DNA of 64,000 nucleotides. Origin: Mytilus californianus (lineage: Eukaryota). Where the stretch lies: positions 92,647,982 to 92,711,981 of the forward strand of contig NW_026262679.1 of the NCBI RefSeq assembly GCF_021869535.1. The letters are read 5' to 3'. Within the stretch, counting starts at the first letter, position 1, and every line of letters starts with the position of its first letter. A program made the position numbers and the translations under genes. The notes beneath the pieces are model-generated. The model worked only from the letters and a program-made list of their open reading frames with translations, had not been told where the DNA came from and did no database searches. Positions 36,641 to 48,870 of this stretch are shown here, one piece after another.

Positions 36641-37785
36641 ACTGACCGACCTTAGAAACGCAACACTAGATTATTCTTTTTAATTCCCATTTTCAAATAT
36701 GCAATTTTTGCTAAACAAATATACGAACATATATTTCATTCATTACTTCATTGTTTAAAAGAAAATTGCAGTTCGAAAGTTGAATTGGTAACGTCATTTT
36801 TAATTTTCAAATCATGTGGTATGCACTGAAACCCTGGTTTTCCCCTTGCCAATGGATGTGTCACCGTCGAAAGCAATGACTGCCTGTAACCAACGCCAAA
36901 ATGATTGTCAGAAAGGTCAACCAATTCTGTTCGGCATGTTTTGGGTTCTGTTTTGCACCTTAAGATTTTGCCTTAGTCCCACCCATTACAGTGTGTTTTG
37001 GCAATTATACGGTTGAAACTTTAGGGCTTTAAATGTTTTTCTGCAGTCGATTCTTTGGCATTTCAGTTTATGCGAAACATTTATGGCATGAATCTGTGTG
37101 CCATGGCATTCGGCAATTTGATTAGGAGTTGACGTTGATGCCGTAAACATGTCTCGCAAATGACGTTGCGTAATCAAATTCTATTGACGTGGCCTTGTCA
37201 CTACATATTGATCTGGTCATTGATGGTCATCAACAAATCCCGTCTGCCTGTATCGTTGTTGGAAGGACAGTAAGACGAGTTTCTGACGTCAAACTGTCTG
37301 GTTACAACACGTTCATGTTTTCCTCTCTGCAATGATTCTTATGGGCTGATTCAGTTTTTTATTGCTCAGTCTTGGCAATACGGAGATGCAAAATCGTTTA
37401 ACTGATTTAAGTGTGGGTATGGATTGAAAGAATTGTTTCACGAAGAAAAAAAAAATGAAAAAATCGTTTATGGGTTCCAAATTTCGCTTTAAGAAATTCG
37501 TGCGACTTCAATAACTCAGTATGTTCAATAACCACAGGTAAGTCAGATGTTGATTTTTTCTTAACAGAAAGAAGTATGGTAAGCATGAATAGTAGTTGTA
37601 TGAGGATCAAACATGATTTGGTTAAAAAAAATCAACAAAATGAGTGTTGCGTTTTTAAAGTCAGTCAGTATATGTCATGACGACGGTTTCGTTTGTTTCA
37701 TTCATCTACCCTTTCACGAGCTTGGTATAGAGACATGTTTGTTCACATGACTTAAAATTAACGAATTAAAATGGTATTGAAAGGT

Positions 37786-37885
37786 GCATGGGCCTCGGTG
37801 GCCGAGTGGTCTAAGTAGCCGAACTTTTGTATCACTAGCCTATCAACACTGAGGAATATGATTTGGAATCCCGCACGTGGCAGGT
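37786..37885 (+). other. tRNA-like sequence (probable tRNA-derived SINE head / pseudo-tRNA), not a functional tRNA
   Basis: It has an A-box-like 'tggccgagtggtctaag' and a B-box-like 'ttggaatccc'. The spacing is ~70 nt and no proper acceptor or T stems can be drawn. Confidence 0.2.
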
Positions 37886-38732
37886 GCGCTTGACTCCAAT
37901 CTCAATCAAATAAGATTGTCAGTTTTCCTACCGAAGGTCGATGGTTCTCTCCGGCTTCTTCCACCAATAGAAACTGACCTCCACGAAATAGCACAATAGT
38001 GCTGAAAGTGGCGTTAAACACCAATCAATCAAAGAAGTGATAACACTATTTATTTTTTATTTATAATGTATATGACCGGAAGTAACTTTATTTCTTTATT
38101 GAATCTTTTCATTAAAGAGACTTTGTAAGTTCCAGTTTCTAAGCCAAATAAAAAGTCTTAAAGCAGCACAGTTTGCCTCGAGTTGATGTGAGTGTCTTTA
38201 CACCCAGATATCACTTCCAATATCTGGTGTGGTGTTGAGACAGCTGTATCCATAGAAAAGTAAGCACTGTTCAGTTTTATAGACAAATGCTGTACAATTG
38301 GTTCCATGATGCAGACACAAGTAAGCACAGTAAATCTTTGTTTTGGAATTCTTGGTTAAATAAGAAAGAGTAATTGGGATGGAATCTGTCTTGTCAACAT
38401 GGAAATACCTTGAATCTGTTTTAAAATATTAAAAATACGATATTTAGGTGGAAAATGTTGCAAATATTTACATCGGAAAACAACGGTAGATCAGTTAAAG
38501 TTATACAAAAAATAACCACTCTTAACAAACTTTATTTATCTAATTAATTTATTATCCCTTCTTTATTAAACTTATAGTGGCTATTATGCATATAAATCAA
38601 TAATTTAATAAATTCAAAAGGCAAAGATGCAAACAAACAAAAAATCCACTTCCCTGTTATCTCCTTGTTTTGTCATCTCTTTCTTTTTTTTCAATTCCGT
38701 GAAATTTTAACGTTGTTAGTTATTTTACTTAC

Positions 38733-38843
38733 TGTTAGTACCACCAACATGCCATTGACCCAAAATTCCAGGTGGTGTGCTTACTTCTGTTGTAAAATCT
38801 TCAACAATATCTTGGGATATGGGATAATAGTTCGCCGTTGGAT
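38733..38843 (-). CDS. Candidate downstream exon of multi-CTLD gene (Pro/Thr-rich linker: YPTANYYPISQDIVEDFTTEVSTPPGILGQWHVGGTN)
   Basis: The minus-strand acceptor is 'ataattacttacaatag|atcc' and the donor is 'actaaca|gtaagt'. The exon is 111 nt, phase 1 to phase 1 like all the CTLD exons. Only one frame is open. Confidence 0.3.
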
Positions 38844-39368
38844 CTATTGTAAGTAATTATATGATTTAGTATATATGATGTATAATTGAATAGATATGAT
38901 GATAAAGGGTTAATTTTAATGAAACAGTAGCCTAACTGAACGGTTAAAACATTTTTTTAGATATGCCAACACACGTTCCCCCTACAATCACCTATATACT
39001 TGACTCCAAAAAATGATCATATTACAAAGTTTACCAAGTGTAAGTTCTCGTTTTTCACATTTATGGCAAAATGAGGAAATCACATACATATTCATACAAA
39101 TATACACCCACACTTGACCATGGGAGTATCAGTTTCACTGTTCATTCAGCTTTATCCACATATATAAATGATTTCTCGTTGCAAAAATTGTAAGTCTTTT
39201 CAAAATTGTAAAACTCGATGAGGACGACCAAGGTTTTATTTTCCAAAAAAAAAAAATCATATTTCTGACAAAAAGTATAGACATATGTAACTCATATACT
39301 ATTTATTTTTTTTAAAAATAATTTTAATCGAATCGTCATTTCGATATATCAAGAAAAAACACACATAC

Positions 39369-39577
39369 ATTGACAAAGAAATGGACTTGTTTCCGTTGCT
39401 CGTCTATTATCCCAGTCAAAGCCAACAGTGTAAACAAGTTTAACATGTTGGTTAAGAGCCAATGATGATGGCGCTCCAGGAATCCATGCTGTTTCCGTTA
39501 GATCTGTTCCGTCATTCCATTGGAATGTAATTCCATCTGTTGACGTAAGTCCAATCCAGAAGTCTTTATTATTGTCC
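39369..39577 (-). CDS. C-type lectin domain module C, second exon (…DNNKDFWIGLTSTDGITFQWNDGTDLTETAWIPGAPSSLALNQHVKLVYTVGFDWDNRRATETSPFLCQ)
   Basis: The acceptor is 'atatgttacag|ggacaat'. It holds the WIGL and WNDG CTLD motifs. The exon ends 'tgtcaat|gtatgt', the same position and phase as modules A and B. If that donor is unused the frame continues 'CMCVFS*' to 39349. Confidence 0.6.
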
Positions 39578-40088
39578 CTGTAACATATTTTCAAAGATCA
39601 TTTAAAACTGGCAAGTCCTGAAACGATAATCGTTATATCAAAAGTTACCAGATTCCTCTCGCAGTGCGAATTGAGTAATTATTGATCTCCGTTCCATTCC
39701 ATTATCGCATCAGTAAGCAAGGATTTTAGAATTGCAAGTGGAACCAGTTAGTCCAGTTACTTAGTGTAAACGGCGGTAAAATTCGTGATTCCTTTTGTAC
39801 TGAGGTAAAAAGACGGAAGATTAATCAATATTGTCTTGATTTTCACCGTGTAGGGTGTCTATGCGTATAATTAAAGTGTCTCGGTAGGATTTTCACATGG
39901 TAAGGAGTGTCTACTTACAAATAGAGTGGAAAGTTGGTAGAGAAATTATATTTTAATTTAATGAATGATCAAATAAATTTTAGTAGAATTGTTGTAACAT
40001 GTTTCAAAACGAGTTAATTTCTGGTACACAATTAAGTGTATGTAAAAATAAAAAGTTAGGATCTGTTTTCAGTAGTTATATAACTTAC

Positions 40089-40227
40089 ATTCCCTGGTAG
40101 ACAATTGCATTCTTTGCAACTGTGAACTCTTCATTTGTGTGTAGCATGGCCAGCTCTAATGCATTCATTTCACAATCCAGTTTAGCAGTTTGATAATCAA
40201 CGGAGTAACTCATCGGGTTATAATTAT
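40089..40227 (-). CDS. C-type lectin domain module C, first exon (…NYNPMSYSVDYQTAKLDCEMNALELAMLHTNEEFTVAKNAIVYQGM)
   Basis: The acceptor is 'tcttttatttctgaatgcag|at' and the donor is 'ggaat|gtaagt'. It is 139 nt, the same length as module A exon 1. It holds the 'A..C...A.LA.i.s.EE..F' CTLD signature. Confidence 0.6.
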
Positions 40228-40249
40228 CTGCATTCAGAAATAAAAGACT

Positions 40250-40564
40250 GGTAAGAAAACTCAATGAAACAATATACAGACAACGGTAAGAAAACTCAAT
40301 GAAACAATATACAGACAACGGTAAGTAAACTCAATGAAACAATATACAGACAACGGTAAGAAAACTCAATGAAACAATATACAGACAACGGTAAGAAAAC
40401 TCAATGAAACAATATACAGACAACGGTAAGAAAACTCAATGAAACAATATACAGACAACGGTAAGAAAACTCAATGAAACAATATACAGACAACGGTAAA
40501 AAAACTCAATGAAACAATATACAGACAACGGTAAGAAAACTCAATGAAACAATATACAGACAAT
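40250..40564. repeat. 35-bp minisatellite, ~9 units (ggtaagaaaactcaatgaaacaatatacagacaac)n
   Basis: 'ggtaag' recurs at 40250, 40285, 40320 and so on up to 40530. It lies in the intron immediately upstream, in gene orientation, of CTLD exon 40227-40089. Confidence 0.9.
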
Positions 40565-41099
40565 ACATTATACTGTATAAAGTAGTTGGTCAAAACTCTT
40601 GATTAATTTGCACACAAGTTGACGGATTCTTTTCTAAAATTCAAAGTATCCTACCTTGATGTGCGTACTCTGTGGTTCAGACAACATGTCACAACTATGT
40701 AAAAAATGTTTCAAGATGGCTAAAAAAATATAGAAGGTTGATAAAAGCTTTTGGAATTCAAACATGAAAGAGTACTTTAAAGATTTTTCCTTCGTATAAT
40801 ATGGTTCCATTAAATCAAAATGTTATTCAGTGTCATACATTTCTGCTGAGAGTAGCATTGCACCGTGCAGGGGCGTAGCTAGAATAAAATGATATGCACG
40901 CCGAGCGGAACGAGGCAAAAATTTTATTGGACCATTTTATGCAGAAAATGATATTTTTTTCGGTTTTCGGTCATAGGAGGGTTAAAAGTTGTGCTACATA
41001 GGACTTATAGACAATTTATGAATGCAAAACTATTCAGAATTCTTTTGAATAGGTTAAATCATGGTAAATTGAATACATAAGCAACACATTTTTGTGAGA

Positions 41100-42460
41100 C
41101 AGAATTTACTCAAAATTGTCCAAAATCTGCTCTTCGGGCCTTAGCAGAAACGAACTTCTCCATTACTTTGTCACTATTCACACTGAAATCTGGATGAATA
41201 TGCATTAATGCTAGCGATGATAACCTATCGTTATTCATGGGTGATCGTACATATGTTTTCAACCGACGTAGTACACTGAACGATCTCTCCGCGGTAGCAC
41301 TTGTTTCCAGCATTGTCAACATAATACTCAAAATAGTATCTACAGAAGGACTGGGCTTACTGCATCGAGTGTCTCACACAGCGAAGTTGGCATCTGATCG
41401 TGAGGTGTTATACACCAGCGTGTTTGCCATCGAGCAACCTCCCGATTGAATTTGTCTAAATTACATGCCAGGTCAGTCTCGTACGTATGTTAGTTAGTCA
41501 GCATACCCCCCCCCCCCCCCCTTTTTGAGGGTTTAAATTAAGGTTTGCTGGAAATCAGACTATGAGGTTTTTTTACCCGGGGTATGAAGAACTACGATAA
41601 ATTCGAGTTCAAACGTTGTAATTTACACAATCTATAGTATAGTAATAATTTGGTTCTGTTATTAACAATTTAATTAAGGAGGTGTGTACTTTTCCAAATT
41701 GACTGTTTTTCGAGGTTGGGATTTTCATAAACACTATTTATTTTTTTGCCGGTATACTTTTGACTCAGACATGATTTTTTTTACTATTGAATTTGACACA
41801 ATTTTAAAGTCATTTCCACATACCCCATCAAATCCAAAGAGTTACCCCTGGCATATGCTATTCCATGATTTTGATTTTTGGGAAACGTTTTACATGTTTT
41901 ACACACTAAAAGTGACTTGGAAGAATTAAAATCAACATAGCTCGCCGGGAAGTCAAAATTATTTACATCTTTCCAGTCGGATGTTAGTGATTGCATCTTA
42001 ACTTCTGTCATCTGCAAATTGGAATCGTGCAGACTTGACATGTCTGGTACGGAGGGGTGTTGGCTTTGGAGGTGACGGTCGAAACTGAGCTGGAGCTTGC
42101 AGTTGCATTTTCACTGTCATGATTTATTCTATCATACTCTGGCAAGAATTGTTGGGAAATGGGTTCTTCTGAAGAACTTTTCGTTTCTATTGAAATGGGT
42201 TTAGTAAAAAAAAAACTGTCAATAGTTTTCCATTTAGCCTTTTCACCTTTTTCGCTACGTTTCGACGTCGTGTCGTGTAACTGTTCAACGCCGGAAATTT
42301 GATGTGCTCTTTTTTCACCATGCCGATGTGCACGCAACTGCGTGTTGGCCTATAGGGAGCTACGCGCCTGGCACGTGTGCAATAGTAGTATCTGATTGCT
42401 GTTGATGGAGACAATTTTGACCTAATATTACAGATGTTTTTTGTAAAATTTAGCATCGAA
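41100..42460 (-). mobile_element. Internally deleted hAT-superfamily DNA transposon remnant
   Basis: The minus-strand 41110..41331 reads '...LETSATAERSFSVLRRLKTYVRSPMNNDRLSSLALMHIH', the hAT C-terminal dimerisation-domain signature. It is preceded by '...FNREVARWQTRWCITPHDQMPTSLCETLDAVSPVLL'. An upstream fragment reads '...KAKWKTIDSFFTKP...'. Confidence 0.5.
41506..41521. repeat. C16 homopolymer
   Basis: 'cccccccccccccccc' adjoins the hAT remnant. Confidence 0.9.
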
Positions 42461-42977
42461 GAAAATCTATAACCAAATTGAGAAAATATGTATCTGAAAA
42501 TGTACTTTCGATGGATAACATTAATTTAAGGATAAAACCTCAACAAATGTCATACTCTTTTTACAATTGCAGTTAACAGACATCCTGAGGCATTTATAAT
42601 TTGGTTGCTTGTTTAAAAATTCTAGATAAGGATGCAATACTGTAATAATCATTAGAGTAGATGATAGACCTAGCGCGAAATAAATTAGGGAAATTCGGTC
42701 AATATCTCTTTCAATTTAAAATTAAGAAATGTGATGACCTTCAGATAAAGATTAATTCGTTTCTTAATGTAGTTTCAAATATTGTATCAAAATTACCTGA
42801 CATACATGTAGCTTAATAACTTTTTGACTTCATGGAAAATTGAAGAAAAAGATATATAGATATATTATTTGCTCTGCTGAACATTTACATACCGTTGGGT
42901 ATTATAATTATCAACTTTCTAATATTGACAATGCTAAAACATTCAAACATTAAAGTGGTAAAACGTTTGTTATTTAA

Positions 42978-43122
42978 GAAATGAATGCTTCTTTTTGTAA
43001 TTTTATTGGGGTGTAAAAGTGTTGACCGAAGCACATTTTGTATGAAGCGCTTCATTCTAAAAATGAGTGCACGATCAACACTTTTACACCCCAATAAAAT
43101 TACAAAAAGAAGCATTCATTTC
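42978..43122. mobile_element. Foldback/MITE-like element with perfect 48-bp inverted arms
   Basis: 'gaaatgaatgcttctttttgtaattttattggggtgtaaaagtgttga' (42978-43025) is the exact reverse complement of 43075-43122. The spacer is 49 bp. Confidence 0.7.
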
Positions 43123-43538
43123 TTATAATTACATTTTTATGTTAATAAGACCATGCGAATGTAACATTCATTTTGATACGAAGGCTAATTTTTGAATGAC
43201 GCGCTATCGGATTCTCGTGAAACATACATGCAATGTAATCATATTTGAAATAAAGAACAAAACATTACACGTAAGGTGTTCATATTTCATTTGATACAAC
43301 TATTTTACTGTTGATTCGAATGTTTGAATTTTAAACTTCCTATAATTTTTTTTTGGGGAGGGGTATTTGAACAGTCAGTTTAAGTTCAATTTGAAATCCG
43401 TGTATACATTAATAATTTCTCTGTTAGTGCAAAGATCGAATGTGAAATCGTCTATAAGCTATAAAATAGTGTTGCCGTTAATAAAGCACAAAATTCTACG
43501 ACAGCATACAGTATGACTGAAGTGCATCTCAAAACTGT

Positions 43539-43750
43539 TACAACTTACACTGACATAATCCGTGAGGAAGTCTGGTAGATTTAGTTTTTGACACCCATGT
43601 ACCATCGACCTTGTCCACCGCTATAGAGACGTTTGCATCCGGATTGGGAACGGAGTGACCTGGTTTCCAGTCCGTATAAACCACATTTTCGAACATGTTT
43701 TGCCAGGTTAAATGTGCTCCATTACCATATAATCCTATCCATACATCACC
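43539..43750 (-). CDS. C-type lectin domain module B, second exon (…PLTGDVWIGLYGNGAHLTWQNMFENVVYTDWKPGHSVPNPDANVSIAVDKVDGTWVSKTKSTRLPHGLCQ)
   Basis: The acceptor is 'ttgtttttgtgtaag|acc' and the donor is 'tgtcagt|gtaagt'. It holds the WIGL, W..G.P and DGTW CTLD motifs. Confidence 0.55.
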
Positions 43751-44259
43751 AGTCAGAGGTCTTACACAAAAACAACATAATTTATTAATACTTTACAGAT
43801 TAGTCTTGTTTAGTGTGACCCCATACACAATATGCATAAAACTTTCACAATAAATATTTCTGGGAATACATCAAAATATTTCATATCTCATGTGATGCAG
43901 AGAAAGCTTATACACTGTTTGCTGCCAAACCCAATTAAATTAATTTTGAAAAAAACAATTGTTTTAACTATCCCTTAATATAATTCAAGTATATACCCTA
44001 AAAGAATACACCTCATATCCGAGAAATGAACAGAACAGTGCGTATATTTCGAATGTGAATATGAATCAATACAAAGTTATATGATACAAAAGCTAATTTT
44101 ATGCACTGTATGCGCATTTTGAAAATTTATTTCTCGTTAGTGACGCTCCATTTCAAATACGAACAATCCTTAAGTATCAAATAATGAGAAATTATAAAAC
44201 AAAAATAACATAAAAATGCAAAATTCAGCTGAAGAGCGTCTAAGGATTTCCCACCCCAT

Positions 44260-44460
44260 GAATAGAATACCTTAGCTGTATTCTGCTAAATCTTCAGAAT
44301 GTTTGGCCCCCCAATGCTCTTCAACTTCGATGCTTTATTTGGACTTATTACTTTTTTATTCGAGCGTCAATGCATGATGAATCTTTTGTAGAAGAAACGC
44401 GCGTCTTGAGTACAAAAGTATAAGCCTGGTATCTTTGATGAGTTTTTTTATCGGAAGGAA
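44260..44460 (+). repeat. SINE-like repeat with degenerate hammerhead motif (third copy)
   Basis: 'gcatgatgaatcttttgtagaagaaacgcgcgtcttgagtacaaaagtataagcctggtatctttgatgag' has CUGAUGA>CAUGAUGA and GUC/GAC>AUC/GAA changes. Confidence 0.5.
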
Positions 44461-44564
44461 AACTTCAGAATTTTATAAATTTTACTTCTTTCTGCATGAT
44501 GGAAAAGTTTTAAGTACCGACGTCAAAGTAAAATACCAGTACAAAAGTACAGTGTTATGGTCTC

Positions 44565-45160
44565 AGAGACTTAGACCCCGTTCACACTAGCTTTTTTTAA
44601 TCGATCTAAATAAAACCAGTTAGCGTTCACAATATATTCTATCCTAACGATCTCTTTCAGTCTCATCTAAACCACTGCGTTCACACTACAAGTAAAAAGT
44701 TTAATCGATCCGACTTATTGCCTGTGAAATTGTAAACACTGTGTAAAAATAGAAATATTAAACCAAATTAAGTGTGTTGATACACACGCTTGCAAAAAAT
44801 AATGGATGAAGTTATTGTTGTTCAAATGTTGATACTTCTGTTCGTATAGTTTTCGTTAATTTTCAGCCCTTTTATGTTAGTGATCCATTTTGTAATATAT
44901 TTCGCGTGTAATTTTGCCGCCATACATGCGCACACATTATTTTCGACTCAATCGTACTAGTTTAGATCGATCTCTGCGTTCACATTTAAAGTAAGATCAG
45001 TTTACTTTAGATCGATTCAAACTAAACTACCTCTTTTGGTGTTTTAGTTTAGACTGATTCAAGATCGATTCAAAGCGTTCACATTGGGCTTAAATCGATC
45101 TAAAGTGAACCGATCTAGTTTAAATCGATCTAAATGTCCAAGTGTGAACGGGGTATAACA
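44565..45160. mobile_element. MITE-like nonautonomous DNA element with terminal inverted repeats and subterminal direct repeats
   Basis: The ends are 'gaccccgttcacact...' and '...agtgtgaacggggtat'. It contains multiple internal 'gttcacac' and 'aatcgatctaaa' repeats. Confidence 0.45.
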
Positions 45161-45326
45161 GTTGCATGAACAGCAGTTTCTTCGACCATTTGGAAGTAAT
45201 ACATATTTTAAAGATATCAAAGCTAATTTGATTCACTATTAAAAGGTACAGTTGAAAAAAGATGTTCAGAACTTCTATAAGTATTTTTCAATCTACAGAT
45301 GTATGACTGGTCTTAAAAATACATAC

Positions 45327-45471
45327 TCATAAGTTATTAATTCTTTTAATAACGTAATGGCAACTGGGTTAGACAACACAGCTAATTGTCCACCTAGGTT
45401 ATAACATTCCCGCGAGGCTTCGTAAAAGTTGAAATCTCCATGCACAAATTCCATGTTTGGATGAGGGGGTG
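45327..45471 (-). CDS. C-type lectin domain module B, first exon (PPHPNMEFVHGDFNFYEASRECYNLGGQLAVLSNPVAITLLKELITYE)
   Basis: The acceptor is 'ctattgttttgcag|cacc' and the donor is 'acttatga|gtatgt'. It holds 'A...C...G..LA......'. Its phases are compatible with the exon at 43750. Confidence 0.5.
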
Positions 45472-47140
45472 CTGCAAAACAATAGTATGCAAGTATAAAA
45501 TAATTTCACATGAGAGAATACAGAAAGACGGTGAATATTTTTTTCATTAAATCAAAAACGATTTTCACAACTATTAAATATAGTGTATATATACAAACGC
45601 TAGTAGCAAAGTTGAATACAAAAATTCGAATAGAGCATTACAGACATTCGATTTCATTTTTATTTCTTCAGATTGTGACCGTTTAGCTGTGCTGGATGTA
45701 TAAATAGTAATACGCAGCCAAATCAGATCGAAACGGGGACGTTACATCCAATGCTTCGAATACTGAGAATGAATCGCCGCGTTTGTGCAAGTAAAGGAAA
45801 CCTTATTATGGGCGACCTCATGATTTGGTAAGCCATTATCGAAATCCCGTCCTCTTTTTCTCGACTGTGATATCATAAATGCAACTTATCGCAGGATTTT
45901 TACTTACATGAGCAACTCAACGGAGGTAACTAGTGGAACAAGAACTACATACCACTCTGCACGGAGCACCTGTGATCACCTCCGGTTTTTTGGTTAGGTT
46001 CATATTCATCAATTTGTATTTATCTGTGTAATACGTTGTTGTTGTGGTTTGTCTTGTCGTCGTTTTCCTTTTTGGTCATGGTGTTGTCTGTTTTAACTTT
46101 TGTTGTCTTTCGGGAATTTTTTTCCCGGCTTATTTTTTATCTTTTCTTTTTGCAACAATTGATCAAGCGGTCGACTTGCTCTCATTTTCCTGTTGCAGTT
46201 AAAAAAAAACAGTCTACGTTTCCTACTTTGAAGAAACCTTTCTATTGTTTTAACTACTTGTTAATGTGTTATCGTTTTGATTATTGATAATAATACTGCA
46301 CTCAGCGGAAGTTAAGCAAATGACAATTAAGCAATCAATGTACGAGTATTTTTTTAAGCAAAGAAACAGTATTAAATATTTGTTATATTAGCGGTTTCAT
46401 AATAAGACAAAATCGGTCTTTGAAACTATACAAACGGTTTACCAGGACTGGTTCAAACAAACAGATTTTGAAAGCAGAGAAAACTGTGACCTTATAATCA
46501 GCATGACTTTATCAGATGACAATACGAATACTGAAAAATCCATGCTAAAAATAAGGCGTAGGTACTTTAATTCAGTCACGGACCAGCGAGTGTGTTCTAG
46601 TACCTGATAATAATTTAAGGCATCTCTTCAAGCCATATTTTCCCCCAGCAAACTTTTTATACGCAACCGGAACAATTGAATGGAGCAATTATATATGATA
46701 ACATAAATTACACATACCCGATAATAATTTGAGGCATCTCTTATCCTCACTTCAAGCCAAAAAGAAAATTAGACAGAAATATACCCAAAATAATAAGTAT
46801 AAATTTCACATAACCATAAGTAGAAAAAGGAATCTTTTAATCGATTAAACGCTTAAAAATGCTCAACGAAAATAGCCAGTCGGATCTGGTAATAAAATCA
46901 TGATTAATAGTTTTTATCAATTTGTAATGGAATTTAAAATAGAATGACATGCATGACCCATACATTGTAACAAAAGACTGTTTCAACTATCAAATATAAA
47001 TGAAAATTTAACACAAAACAGAACACTGAAACATAATTTGTGAAAGAAAGGAGCAAATTTTAGATGAAAAAAATATTTAGAAAAAGGAATTTTGAAACAT
47101 GTACTCTACTATTACATATATACATTAAAGTGATACACAC

Positions 47141-47337
47141 CATAACATAGAGGGCGGTTAAGTTCCGTGTAGTAGCCAGTCTTCCACAATACATAAGCAT
47201 AGTCCTTGCTAAACTTTCCACATTCAAATTGTGGTTCAGGGGTCGCCCATGAAGAAAAGTCTAATGTGTCGCCATCATTCCAATGACAAAGTTGGTTTTG
47301 ACAATATACAGACATCCATACGTCATCGGAAATGCCC
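47141..47337 (-). CDS. C-type lectin domain module A, second exon (GISDDVWMSVYCQNQLCHWNDGDTLDFSSWATPEPQFECGKFSKDYAYVLWKTGYYTELNRPLCY)
   Basis: The acceptor is 'gtatttctttaaatag|gggc' and the donor is 'ctatgttatg|gtgtgt'. It holds the WNDG and W..PEP motifs. Confidence 0.55.
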
Positions 47338-47511
47338 CTATTTAAAGAAATACCTATACGTTTCATTATAACTATACCATAGATTTTCTATCAAATAAGA
47401 ACTTGTCTTATACAATTTTGTTAATGTTAAATTTGTTCTGTGAATATGGTCGATACTTTGTGAAGCAATAACCCCTTTTGCTACCTCCTATAGACTATAT
47501 ATACTTACGCA

Positions 47512-47650
47512 TTCATGATAAATTGTGCTGCCATGTTGTTCATTTGGTCGTTGTTAATTTTTACCAGTTTCATTCCAATGCTTAGACAGTAATCTATTGA
47601 ATCATAATAATTCAAAGTGGATGGTCCTAGATAGAAATATGGGCTGAAAC
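47512..47650 (-). CDS. C-type lectin domain module A, first exon (FSPYFYLGPSTLNYYDSIDYCLSIGMKLVKINNDQMNNMAAQFIMNA)
   Basis: The acceptor is the textbook 'ttgttttttttttctgcag|g' and the donor is 'aatgc|gtaagt'. It is 139 nt. Confidence 0.6.
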
Positions 47651-47814
47651 CTGCAGAAAAAAAAAACAATAATTGAAAGTTCAGTTGTATTATATGTAAC
47701 ATTTGATATATTTATTTCTTTTAATTTTTGGTTTTTATAAGATCTAAAGTTAAGTATGAATGAAGTAGATGTGTGATGTAAGTCAGTGAGATAGGAACCA
47801 AACGAAATAACAAT

Positions 47815-47880
47815 AAAAAAAAGTCTGAAGAGGTCCTGACTTGGGGCAAGCACATGTACGTGCAACCTCTCCCTCGTTGT
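47815..47880 (-). repeat. Fragment of PLE 3'-UTR hairpin motif
   Basis: 'gaagaggtcctgacttggggcaagcacatgtacgtgcaacctctccc'. Confidence 0.4.
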
Positions 47881-48529
47881 CTCGATTAGTTAAATCAGTA
47901 AGGAAAAAGAAAAATATAATATAGGCATTACTGATAACAAAATACAGGTACACGTAAAATAGTTCTACATAGTAGAGTATTACTCAGAGAATGCTAACAA
48001 ATCGTAATACTTAATCTACTGGTATAGAAATCAAGACTTCTAACATTCTAACATTCTCGGCTTTACTTCCGAGTAGAATTTATTTGCGCGCTGATCTGTT
48101 TGAGTGCAAGATATACCTTGCATTTTTCCGTCATCATCATTGTTATTCAATATTTTGATTTTTTGTTAGCTGACTGACAGTTTCCACCTCACTAAGTCGA
48201 TAGTATGCATAGAGCTACATTTTAATTATGAGTTGTGATACATACACATGCAAATAAATTAAAATGTTAGCATTTGATATCTTTTATAACAAAAAATAAC
48301 AAAAAAAGGCTTGTGTATCCCTTTTCTTTACTTCTCATAGATTGGACGCTCTTTATTACAATGACTATTATTTTGAAATACAGAAATTCAATTGGTTCAT
48401 GAAATATTTGTTGTTGTTTTTTTTTCCCTACATGCCTATATATTTTCTAAACAAAAGAAAATTGGTGTATGTATCTTTATGTGTGTTTTTGATCCCTGTG
48501 AATAAGATGTTTCCAAACACCGTATGTCC

Positions 48530-48870
48530 AAACTCTACATTGGCTAGAGGTATAGGGAGAGGGTTGAGATCTCACAAAACATGTTTAACCCCTCCGCATT
48601 TTTGCGCCTGTCCCAAGTCAGGAGCCTCTGGCCTTTGTTAGTGTTGTATGTTTTTTTAATTTAAGTTCATTTATATGTTTTGGAGTTTAGTGTGACGTCC
48701 ATTTTCATTGAACTAGTACACATTGTTTAGGGCCCAGCGGAAGCCCGCCTCCGGGTGCGGGATTTTCTCGCTGTTTTGAAGACCCATTGGTGGCCTTCGG
48801 CTGTTTTCTGCTCTTTGGTCGGGTTGTTGTCTCTTTGACACATTCCCCATTTCCATTCTCAAATTTATCT
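48530..48870 (+). repeat. 3'-terminal fragment (~330 bp) of a PLE related to A1/A2
   Basis: The segment reads 'ggctagaggtatagggagagggttgagatctcacaaaacatgtttaacccctccgcatttttgcgcctgtcccaagtcaggagcctctgg', then 'gggcccagcggaagcccgcctccgggtgcgggattttctcgctg...gggttgttgtctctttgacacattccccatttccattctcaaatttat'. This is collinear with the A1 3'UTR in RNA orientation. Confidence 0.7.

Noticed and set aside
37786-37885. Possible tRNA-Ser/Leu gene
   Set aside because: - Only A/B-box-like motifs are present. The acceptor, D and T stems cannot be paired and the spacing is too long.
- It is treated as a tRNA-derived repeat head.
39349-39368. Extension of CTLD module C frame (CMCVFS*) to a stop at 39349
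   Set aside because: - Homologous modules A and B use a donor at exactly this point, and C retains GTATGT there.
- It is more likely intronic read-through, but a terminal-exon reading cannot be excluded.
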